Below the pieces are notes generated by a model. It had not been told where the DNA came from. It did no database searches and saw only the letters and a program-made list of their open reading frames with translations. DNA of 60,650 nucleotides, counting the filler, from Thelocarpon superellum (taxonomy: Eukaryota): assembly GCA_026025795.1 (NCBI GenBank). It is 4 parts of 4 records of this genome, joined end to end, with 100 filler letters (N's around TTAATTAATTAA, not from the genome) between each part and the next. Parts side by side here need not be neighbours in the genome. Positions count along the whole stretch, not along the records: positions 15,229 to 30,307 come from JAPEUG010000415.1; positions 30,408 to 45,485 come from JAPEUG010000416.1; 2 more parts are not named here. One strand, 5' to 3'. Each line of letters opens with the position of its first letter. Position 1 is the stretch's first letter. Below, piece by piece: positions 25,615 through 35,696 of this stretch. The position numbers and the translations under genes were made by a program.

Positions 25615-26449
25615 CGGTGGCGGTGTTGCATGCCCGGCGCGGTGTACAATGCGGCAGGTCTTCCAGAAATTCGGTACTGTGTACGACGTGACCGCGGGGC
25701 CGTGGTGCTTGGGGTGGAGTGCCCCAGCTTGCACACGAGCGGCGGGACAGGTCAGTAGACGCAGGTCATATCTCGGTTGACGATTGTCACCAAGACGGGT
25801 GTGACGGGGTGGTCATCTAGAAGGAAACATACGACGTGCGGACACGTTGCTGACCGTCTCCCCTAGAGCCTCAAACGTGAAACTAATGAGGTCGTGTGCT
25901 TTCAAGCGGCAGAGCAAACGAGGGGCGCGGCGGATTGTAGGCCAGGTCGAATGTTCCACCTGTGCGATAGTGCTGCTAGTAGTGGTATCGCACAGACCCA
26001 TGTCGCACAGCTACTCGTACCTGTTACTGCGCTGGCCCACTAGAGAGATACTTATCTGTTCCTAAAATACCATCCCAGGCGAGTACGAGCCACGGAAATT
26101 ATGGCTTCGACAAGGGGTCTACGGGAACAGGCGACGCTTGGTCACCTGATCATATGGCACCTATAGTGGTGTTTGGTGAATGACATAATCAGCAGTTGGT
26201 CATTATGAAGGTAAATTTGTGGCAACTGAGTCGTGCTACTACGACCTAGTTGCTACTGACGCACCCCGGTAACTAGACTGGAGATGGGTGGTTTATTCTA
26301 CGGAAGCTATCCGTCGTTCTGGTATACAGCTATTGTGGGTCACGTGTAGTAGCTTAGTCAGAAGCCTCGAGCTCCCGTATGGAGCCTCCACACTACGGAC
26401 GATCACTGTCAACTAACCTCCGGCATAAGTAGCACACGAGTACAACTGA

Positions 26450-26664
26450 TGGGGGCTCCTCCGTTGACTAAGTAGGGATAAGCCGGGTTCTCTCATTGAC
26501 TTGGTGCAGATAACAAGGGTTCCCCCATTTACGCAGGGCAAATAATGGGAGCTTCTCTGTTTACTTAGAGCAGATGATGGGAGTTCTCCCATTAAATTAG
26601 AGTAGAGTACGGAAGCTCCCCCAGACATTGAGTGCAGCCGATCAGGTCTCCCCTAAACACTGAG
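26450..26664. repeat. Degenerate tandem array with exact 32-bp period (6 units plus a partial 7th)
   Basis: Units start at 26450, 26482, 26514, 26546, 26578, 26610 and 26642. Consensus is approximately TGGGRGYTCYCCCATTNACTTAGWGCAGATAA. Confidence 0.8.
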
Positions 26665-26710
26665 CCTTGCCCCATTGCCATTGGCACTCCTGGATCAGTG
26701 GCCGTGACCG

Positions 26711-26763
26711 GTGTTGGCAGACCAGCCAGGTCCCTGCTAGGGACCTGGCTGGTCTGCCAACAC
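26711..26763. repeat. Perfect 25-bp inverted repeat with 3-nt loop (53-bp hairpin)
   Basis: GTGTTGGCAGACCAGCCAGGTCCCT-gct-AGGGACCTGGCTGGTCTGCCAACAC. Confidence 0.97.
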
Positions 26764-26856
26764 ACGACGACAGGTGCTCCATAATCAGGCGACCAAGACG
26801 TTGCCTATTCCCGTAGACCCTTTGTCGAAGCCATCATACGAAAAGGGTTTGTTAGT

Positions 26857-28056
26857 AGTAGACCCTTTTCGTATAGCAGTCATCACGAGCGGAGCCAGAA
26901 GTCCTGCCACAAGACCCATGTGGCCAATTGTGGCTCAGCTGGCCTGCGATGCCAACGACGTTAAGATCATCGTCGAGAAGAGGGAGAATTTAGGGAGCAA
27001 TGGATGATCTTGATTGATCCAGGTGACCTTCTTGTCTCGCCGCGCCGATGCCGCCCGAAGCACACGCTGAACGGTGAGTCCCACCATCGCACCGCCCCGC
27101 TAGGCATAGATCAAGAGGAGCTTGATTGGGCATACTGGATTGAGCGAAGGGCTGCTGTAATGCTCCAGGAGAACGACTTGGTCGACATTTGTCATCCCTA
27201 CATCAATTACTTAGGTCCGGCATGCGATAAATTGTGCACAGCACTCACTTGCGGCCCTTCATGGACCGCAATGTCACCTGTACCACCAAGTGCTCGACAG
27301 ACTGGCCCTTCTCCAATCTCATGTCGACATCCTGCCAGATCATGAACTCTTCGCCGAAACAATGGTTGGCGCGCGCAATGTCACCACACCTGCAATTTGA
27401 TGCAGATACTAGCACAACAGACAGCAGCTGTGCCATGTGCACATCCCACGTCCGACAATCATTGACGAGGCTGTCATTCAGCCAAGACCTTGCCAGCTTC
27501 TCGAGCATGGTATGTCCAGCCCACTGGGACTTCCGCCAGTAGCCCTTGAAGAGCTTCTTCTCCTTTCGAAGCTGATCAAGAGCAGTGTCGGTTCGAATCG
27601 CGTGGTGGCGCGAGAGGTTGAGTTCCGCATAGTCAAACTTGAGTGGCTCGATCGCGGCTCGGGTTCCATTGAAGACGGTGCGGTATGACGGGACTGGCTT
27701 GTCTCGCTGTAGAGGCTTGACGTGGCTCGTGATGACCGTCGCGAATCTTTCATTCACCTCCCCGGTGGGAGCTCGTTCCATTTATGCATGATGTGAGCTA
27801 GAAAGAGACGGAATAGGAAGATCACATACTGGAAGCCAGCAACCTCTCGGTGTTTGTTAAACTGTGTCTTCCATAAGGCCCGGGCATAAACCGAGGTCGG
27901 TGCGCCTTCGGTAATCTGAAGGTGCTTTAAAACCTTGGATGCGATCCTGTCGGCCAGGGCGTTCTGTCATAGCCAGAATCCGCTAAACCCCGCATCTCAG
28001 TATAGGGGGAGAGGGTATAGGTCGAGGTCCTCGTCGGATGAACTGAAGTCCTCCAT
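26857..28056 (-). pseudogene. Degenerate spliced tyrosine-recombinase-like gene (fungal YR, resembling DUF3435/Crypton types)
   Basis: Three exons: MEDFSSSDED..ARALWKTQFNKHR | ..LLSVVLVSASNCRCGDIAR..FMIWQDVDMRL..LVVQVTLRSMKGRK | ..CPIKLLLIYA*RGG..RRDKKVTWINQDHPLLP..MGLVAGLLAPLVMTAIRKGS. This shows the R-x-G, W-x-D-V, K-G, CP and xxIRxG order of YR catalytic domains. It carries in-frame stops, a frameshift and a dead acceptor (CATAA). Confidence 0.7.
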
Positions 28057-29068
28057 CTGAGCCTGGGAATTGGTGAGAAGACGTTAAGCGGAGAGTCAAA
28101 GATAAAAGGTGAGAGGAAGCAAAGGGTGGGCAGAGAGAGGGAGGATATAGAGGGGGACTCAGAAATGACTGGACGTGGCAGTCAAGTCAAAGCTGGCGAA
28201 TAGAGGTCTACACCACCACGAGAGCGAACAAGAAGCACTCCCGTCAATTCCAATGCTGCAAGATGGTCTATTATGGAGCACTCCCGCTAAGAAGCAAAGC
28301 AAAGCGGTCGAAGGACCATACCGATAGGGCTGTGCATACTCCGAGCCACAGCCTCGCTAACCAAAATACAGGTGCCTCGTGAGCCAATCGAGAGACGTGG
28401 TCCATCTCCCCACAAGCCATCCACTGCCTCCAGCGTTGCCCGGACGGTCCAGCGGTCAGGATCTCTGACAGTCCACAGGTAACGTCACACTTCGAACCGT
28501 GGCTGGATGGCTTCTAGCAGTCTGGCGCGCAACCCGACACACCCGACGCGGTCTGATTCTCCAAGACTGACGCCCAGTTCCTCGACCCAATTTCAGCGGC
28601 TTGGCGCGTCGGCTTGGCGACGGTTCGGGAGTGAGCCAATCTGCGCCACAGCTGTACAAGGCGGACCGCAGATCCTCACCACAGCCCACCCAAGCAGCGA
28701 TACTTTGCTTCCTATTGGCGAACCGGGTCCACAGCCTGCGGCACAGGGAATACACCCCGGTACCGCCCCCACCAACTGTCCCTTGGTCATGGCGTTTGAT
28801 GGGGCATGCCGATGCGCTTTCAGAGACCAGACTCCGTACAAATGCTGGCGCAAACTCCCTGTCCGTGGCGATTGTCGCGCGTCGCTCGTCCCTCCCGTCC
28901 ACCACTTTGCAACTCCATCGTCGCACAAAGCGAACTGCGCTTCGAACTCTCCAACCTTTTTGGGCTCTACGTCCAATCGTCGCGTGAACGATCACGCCTA
29001 GAGGTACTCTCCTCACATTGAGCCGCGTCGCTCGGCCTCTCTTGGCCGCCATCGGAATCTGAAGTAAA

Positions 29069-30091
29069 ATGGCTTCTACCTTACTGCGACCGCGTCATCT
29101 CATCCCCCTCCTCCCAGTAGTCCTCTCGATACTTCAGCCCGCGACCGCGGCCGACGACACCTGCTACTGGCCCTCTGGATCCGTGGCTGAAGCGTTCAAC
29201 CCATGCAACGATGCCGGAAGTGGCTCGACAGTACGGTCATGCTGCCAGCATCAGGAGATATGTCTCTCCAACGGTCTCTGCTTCAGTCCCACCATTGGGA
29301 ATGTCTATCGCGGAGGATGTACGGATCGCACATGGCAGGACGATGGGTGCCCCAACCTTTTCACAACTGGTATGCATCCTCCGCTCTCCCACGTTCGTGG
29401 CCGAATCGACGAGCTCTTTCCTGACACCCCTTCGCTCCGTGTAATAGTTCACCCCAATGGCACGGCCAACATGAACAACTGCCTCTTCACCAACAAGTTT
29501 CAAGTTGACGTCGGATCGTGTTCCGATAGCGACGTCTACCACTGGAACGCCGCCCAGGCCATCGGCCCCTATCCGAGTGGCTCCAGCTCCTCTTCATCCT
29601 CGACCTCATCACCATCATCTGCTACTGCGACCTCCGCGTCCTCCAGCTCCGCCTCTGCCACAGCCGCGGACGCAGACTCTACCGTAAGCTCCATCTGTCC
29701 CGACGTCACGAGCGCCAAGCGGGATGTGGGACTCGCCGCGGGCCTCGGCCTCGGCATCCCACTTCTCTTGCTCGCCGCTGCGCTGGCGTACCTGTGGCAA
29801 TCGGAGCGACGGACACGACAGCAACTCTCCTCCCAACTCTCCTCACACCTGTCGCAACATCCCCCGTCGATGGTCCAGGCCCAGTACCCGCCGGCAGACG
29901 GACAATACGCGGGCTCAACTGGAACCTCCAAAGCGCTCTATTCCCCGCTTCCGCCACAAGATGGCCAGGCCTCCAACACCCATGAAATGCAGGCCGAATA
30001 CAACCCTGGCAACGAGCAGCCGAGTTTACTGGGATCGGAGCTGGATGGCACGCAGTCAAGTCGACCGAGCTTCAGGATCGGTGGTGCATGA
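29069..30091 (+). CDS. Single-pass membrane protein: signal peptide, Cys-rich ectodomain, Ser/Thr stalk, TM, Pro/Gln tail (Mid2/SKG6-like architecture); in-frame 78-nt intron 29370-29447
   Basis: CYWPSG..PC..CCQHQEICLSNGLC..YRGGCTDRTWQDDGCP, a poly-Ser stalk, and TM segment VGLAAGLGLGIPLLLLAAALAYLW. Confidence 0.85.
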   Translation: MASTLLRPRHLIPLLPVVLSILQPATAADDTCYWPSGSVAEAFNPCNDAGSGSTVRSCCQHQEICLSNGLCFSPTIGNVYRGGCTDRTWQDDGCPNLFTTGMHPPLSHVRGRIDELFPDTPSLRVIVHPNGTANMNNCLFTNKFQVDVGSCSDSDVYHWNAAQAIGPYPSGSSSSSSSTSSPSSATATSASSSSASATAADADSTVSSICPDVTSAKRDVGLAAGLGLGIPLLLLAAALAYLWQSERRTRQQLSSQLSSHLSQHPPSMVQAQYPPADGQYAGSTGTSKALYSPLPPQDGQASNTHEMQAEYNPGNEQPSLLGSELDGTQSSRPSFRIGGA

Positions 30092-30307
30092 AACAACGTC
30101 CGTCGTCCGAGTTCTCTCCAGTTCGATTCCGATTCCAGTACATCATGAAGCGGCATGGCGCCCTCGATGCATATTCGGTATGCTCCGGGCTCCGACTTGG
30201 GCGTTCTCGGGTGAAGGCTACGTAATGGATACACGCAGGCTCTGCCGCGGGCGCTGGCGCAGTTGATGCTCGTACGGCCGATCAAAGCTTGATGAGGTGT
30301 CCATTGT

Positions 30308-30407
30308 NNNNNNNNNNNNNNNNNNNNNNNNNNNNNNNNNNNNNNNNNNNNTTAATTAATTAANNNNNNNNNNNNNNNNNNNNNNNNNNNNNNNNNNNNN
30401 NNNNNNN
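30308..30407. other. Artificial contig linker
   Basis: 44 N + TTAATTAATTAA + 44 N. Confidence 0.98.
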
Positions 30408-31160
30408 TGAAAGACCCGCATGGACCCCGTCAGGAAGAATCATGTGTGGAGATGGTGGGTCGCGCACTGTCAGTGTCAGAATACTCGCTCTACGATGTAT
30501 CGCGCATTGCAACACATGGAATTGCCTGTCACTTAGGCTAGATGAAACCCTGATAGAGCTTGCCAGCAAGCTGTCAGCAAGCTGTCTCTCTACAGATGCG
30601 TTAGGTCTGCAGCATTGGGTACAGCCGAGTCATTGTCTCACATCTGCCGAGATTGAGACTGTCGCCAGTAGAGACTTGTACAGCAACGCAATGAATCAAG
30701 AGCGCTCCACACCACCTGCTCAGCCAACAGGGGCCCCCAAGCCGGCCTGCGTGGATCCACTGGTGCCAGAGCTGGATAGCCGAGGTCTTGGAAGGTACGC
30801 CGACTCTCTTACACCGGTTGTGATGCCTTTAATGTCTGCGATGGTAGATGCGTGCCGCGTCGCATTCGCTATACTACACTATAGCTATGTCACGGGGTCA
30901 CCTGACTGTACAGTCAGGTGACCATGGATTAGCCTGGGTATATCCCACCGTAGGCTACCTGGCTAGAAAAACAATCAACTCATAACATCATGCCGAAGGC
31001 ATAACAAGCTACTACACGATGCTATGCAGAGTCTCTCCTCTCCGTCTTCGTGTTGCTTTCACGCACATCAAGCGAGAGGACCCGTATTCCGATCTGATAC
31101 AGATACACGTGGCAGCCGGACGGCATACTGTACAGTGAGCAACGACGACGGACCTCTGCG

Positions 31161-34134
31161 CTACTTGGCCTCGATGGCCACGCTCCCACTCCCTTCCGTC
31201 GCGGTGACGAAGCGTTCGGGCTCGGGGCGTTTGGACGCCGGCGACATGGTGGCGGGACTTATGCTCCCGTTGGCACTCGCACGCGCATTCGCAGTCTCCG
31301 TTGTGTCAACCGACGGGTTCTCCTTAGGCGGCGACACAATACCCGACGAGCTGTTAAGAGTCAACGTGCTGGCGTTAGCTTGCTGCTCCGTCGTCGGCGC
31401 CAGCTTGAAGGGGTACGCGACGTTTCCCGCGCTGGGTCGACCACCAGCGCTGGTGTGTGTGTGGCCGTTGGTTTGCCCAAGGGCGACAGGGGTCGAGGGT
31501 TGAGATGCCGGGATGGGGATCACCGAAGGGCTGAGGAGGCCTGGGTCTTGAGTCTTGTTGCTGCCTTTCTTGGCGAGGAGCTCCGCAACGGTCGTGTTTT
31601 CATTGATCTCGCCGTCTCGGTTGTCTTCGCCTGACGTCTGGCCTGCGTCCGTCACGGTCCGCCGTCGTGACCGCGACCGGCTACCGTACTGTGCGCTGCG
31701 GGCTGGCGAGAGGGCTTTTGGTCGCTCGCGCTCCGTGGTGGAGGCGGGGGCAGGGGTGGGGGCGGGGTTTTCCTTCGTGATGCCCTTGTTGGTCCCTGAC
31801 GCGGTGGCCGTCGAGGTTTCTGGTTCTTTGTCCGCCTTCTCCTCACGTTGGATCTGCACTCCGTCAGCAACGTAGTCACCCGCGTGGGCCTTGTCTTTCG
31901 CGTGTACTGACTGTCTTCTCGTCGTGACTGCTGCCCCACAAACTCCATAGGCTCATGCCCCAACTTCGACCCTTGGCCGCCTCTCTGCCCATATCGCGGC
32001 GTCGTCTCGCGGCCAAAGCGCTCGGTGGCGGAGCATCGTCGTTTTCAAAATCTTCGTACCCGGCCAGGATGTCTTTGGCCCGCTGTTTCTGCACCCGCCG
32101 TTTCTCCCGTGCATACTTCTGGTCCCACTTACTCTTCGCCGCCATCCATTTCTGCACCGGTCCCGCCTTGATCACGCCAATCTCTCCAGGTGGCAGGTGG
32201 AGGGCGGGCAGAGACGAGGCTGGCGTGAGAGGATAGATGATCCCGTTTCGGTCCACGCGCTGACGGATCATGTGGTTCCGGAAGGGTGGGAGGGCATCAC
32301 CCGCACGCCCGACCGTCTCGGGGCTCCGATCCGCTGCTTTCCCTTTGACATCGTTCGCCTTATCCTCCGACGAATCCGAAGACTCGGAGATGACGGAGAC
32401 GTCATCGTCGTCCATGATGTCGATCTCGGTCTGCTGCGCTCGTGCTAGCGCCCAGGCGCCGAATTGCGCAATCGAACGATACATGTATTTCGCCGGGCGC
32501 GTGAAGCTCAAGGTGGGCGCGACATGGCAGCAATCATCCCAGACTTGGAGTTGCACGTCCGTACCTTTCCATTTCTTGAGCGTCTCCCGACTATTCGGAT
32601 CACGATCCAAGTACGCATCGCCCGGGGGGTATTTGGCCGGATTGGCCGCCTTGTGCGCGAGATAGATCTGCTCGTCCCGAAGCTTTTCGCCACCCCCGGT
32701 CAGGATGAAGAGGGGACACAGCCCACCCAGCGACGGCTGGAGCACAGGCGACACGAGCGGATGAGAGATGAGCTGGTTGGTGGCGTACATCTGGATCTGG
32801 TCCTTGATCTCGACCATCTTACCGTCCAGCATGAGGGAGAGATCGTGATTCGGGCCAGGCACAGTGTTGCCGGGTGCTCCGGAGTCGGCCGTGGTCGCGG
32901 CCGCGTCGACCCCTCCGTCATGCGCCATGGCACTCAGGTCGGGATGGGCATCGACCGAGTACCCCTGCACGGCGTCGCGGTTGTCGGCTCCCTTGAATTG
33001 GTCGGCCGCCTGCCCGATCGCGCCGTTGATCAGTTCGACCATGTCGTCGTTGTTGGGTGGGGGCCACGACTCCGATGGTCGGTGGAGGAAACCATGTTCC
33101 GGGATATAGTCCAGTGGCGTGTCCGCAGCGCAGCTCGGAAACGAATGGGTCAAGTCGACCCATGGAGAAAGTAGAATGGCACCGGCCGGCAACGGAATAC
33201 CCTGATCCCGCATCGTCACGAGCATGCTAGAGACACGTCGTCAGTCACGGCACCATCGTGGTGGGACATCGGAGATAGCAGCGGGCGTACCTGACAACCA
33301 TCCCTCCGCCAGCCGAGTCACCAGCTACGATGATGGTGGAAGGGTCCTGGACGGTAAGGAGGTAGAGGTAGGCGGCAAGACAGTCCTGCAGGCCGCAAGG
33401 GAAAGGGAACTGTGGGGCCAGCCGGTAGCGGGCTACGATCTTGTCAGCTCCGCCAACTGTCCGAAGTGGTCTTGCGTCAATACTCACTGCGCTTCGTTAG
33501 TCCTGCGTCCCGTCCAGGGGCATGGGAAGCTTACCGTGCAAAGACCCGGGCGCCCAACTTGCGGGCGTGGCGCTGCATTTGGTAGCGATGCTCGTCGACG
33601 CTACCAAAGTAGTAGGCTCCTCCATGCACGTAGAGCATGACACGTCGGCCCGCGTCTCCCGTCTTCTTCCGTTGCTCATAATTGCTCCTCATCTCGATCC
33701 ACTCGGCCTTGAGGTCCGCGCCTTCTCGCCGCCACTGCCACCACATCTTACCGCCAATCTGGTCAATACCATGGTGACCTAATTGCCCTTGGAGCCGGAC
33801 GGCGGCCTCGCGGCTCTGCTCCTCGGGGATTTTGACGACGTCGACCTTGACCCAGCGTGGGCTGGGCACCCATTGGGATGTGAAGGCTTGAATGTCTTCG
33901 ACGGTATGGTGGGAGGAATAGAGCAGGAATTGCCGAATCAGCTGTAAGCCCTCATGGTAGGAAATGTGCGCCGTGGGCTTCTGGTGTAGATTCTTGCGAT
34001 CGAGATACTATGTCACGTCAGCTGGATCTCATGCCGTTGCTTCAGAGCTTTGCCTATGCACTTACGTGGGAGAAGTAGGTTTGCACCACGGTCGGGGTGA
34101 CGGCACCGCTGACGGTCAGGGTGTTGAACGGCAT
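31161..34134 (-). CDS. HSL-family alpha/beta hydrolase (lipase/esterase), multi-exon
   Basis: [23 protein letters not shown].., [36 protein letters not shown] nucleophile elbow, [23 protein letters not shown]. Confidence 0.9.
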
Positions 34135-34591
34135 TGTGTTGGATGATCATACGCGTTCCGTTCGGCCTTTCGGACCAAATAATCGGCTGAGCTGCTGTGT
34201 TGTGTGCTCAGGAGGAGACGTGACGATGCAAGATGAGAATGACTTCATCGGCCGTCCTCTCACATTGTCCGGTAAGACGCATTGGGAGCACCCCCCAACA
34301 AGCCGAACTAATGTGGCTTGACGTAATGCGACGAGAGACCCGGGGGAAAGCCTGTAGCCCCCGTACGAGTACTCGTGGTTTCCGGCGCCCAGCCACCCAG
34401 CCACCAAGCGCCAAGAAGCGTAGCACGGCCCCGAGCTCCTACGAGGACCCTGCTACCTCTCTCGCGTAGGTGGCGTGACCCGGGGAGTGCCCCACGGCCA
34501 AAATCAGCAACACCATCATTTTCTACCAACGCGCAGCTTTCCTCCCATAAGAAAAGGAGAATGCGTCGGGTTCGTCGCGACATAATTTACC

Positions 34592-35263
34592 ATGTCGGCC
34601 GACACCCAAGCAGAGGTGGTATCATTTCCATCGCCCGGTATGTCTTCCCACCCCGCCGACCTGCCGCCATCACGCCTGCTGAACAACGTTCGGTGCGTGT
34701 GAGCAGAGAGGATTCAAGCCAAATTTGACCTGGGTCTGGCCGTGGCCTTGTTCAACTGGTCCGCCCTTACCTTGGCCGTCCAAAATCAATGGGGCGGCCC
34801 TGACAGCAAAGGCAAGCGGGAGTGGTTTGCCGGGGCCATCTCGGATCTATTCGTGCAACGACCCAACACCGATTTGGAAGACGTCGAGACCATGCTACTT
34901 CAAGTCATGTTGGACGAATTCGAGGTCAACGTGGACGATGCGTCGGCCTTTGACGTGGCCCAGCAGATCGTGCGCCTACGTGCGGACACGCTCAAGGGCG
35001 ATTTCGCCGAGGTCGATGCCATGCATACGGCGTGGGCGGCAAAGTCCGGTCGTGACCAGGTCCGCTATCAGCACGTCGAGCGCGGGGAGGACGCCGACGA
35101 GACCGAATGGGACTCCAGTTCAGCGGAAGGGTCAGACGACGACGGCGTGGTCAAAATGGACGTGGATACGGAAGCGCCGACGCTGGTGCAGGCGCGTGAG
35201 AAGCCCGCGCCCGAAGTAGACGATGAAGGCTTCACCAAAGTCGTAGGGCGCAAGAAACGATGA
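34592..35263 (+). CDS. TSR2: Pre-rRNA-processing protein Tsr2
   Basis: FDLGLAVALFNWSALTLAVQNQWGGPDSKGKREWF..VMLDEFEVNVDDAS..DDEGFTKVVGRKKR; one 5' intron. Confidence 0.92.
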
Positions 35264-35696
35264 TGCTCCATCCGGGACGTTTGATTGTTGTTTGGTCATT
35301 GGCGGTGATGCATGAGAACCCATTAGCTAAAATCTCCATATGGCGAGACCTGCTGTGGCAGGTCCAGCCGGGAATTTGCCGGTCGCGGGTCACTGCCCGC
35401 GGTATTGTCACCGTCCCCGTCACTGCCACCGTCACGTGGGGCCCGTTGCCCGCTTGCGTCGGTCGCCGGAGCAAGTGACATGAGTGGGACGAGTGGGATG
35501 ACGGAGGCCAGGATGGAGACGGCTCGTCACGACCAGACCCATTCATCATTCAGCCCCGTATTCACGACATGTTGCGATCTTCGTGATCCAGCTCCTTCTC
35601 CAGCTCCTCCTTCTGCTCCTACGTGCTCATCGCTTCTACTTGCTTGCACAACCATCGACCTCACGCATGTTGGCTCCTGCTGCCGTGCCGTAGATC

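Larger units (their letters stand above)
26101..26834. mobile_element. ~730-bp non-coding segment bounded by ~63-bp imperfect inverted repeats (26101-26162 / 26772-26834)
   Basis: atggcttcgacaaggggtctacgggaacaggcgacg-cttggtcacctgatcatatggcacct versus the reverse complement atggcttcgacaaagggtctacgggaataggcaacgtcttggtcgcctgattatggagcacct; 54/63 identical by hand alignment. Confidence 0.55.

Noticed and set aside
26450..26664. CRISPR array interpretation of the 32-bp array
   Set aside because: Units are contiguous and degenerate along their whole length, with no constant repeat plus unique spacer. The context is eukaryotic and there are no cas genes.
26774..28281. 12-bp inverted match GTGCTCCATAAT (26774) / ATTATGGAGCAC (28270) as YR element termini
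   Set aside because: A 12-bp match within a few kb is plausible by chance, and flanking similarity is weak.
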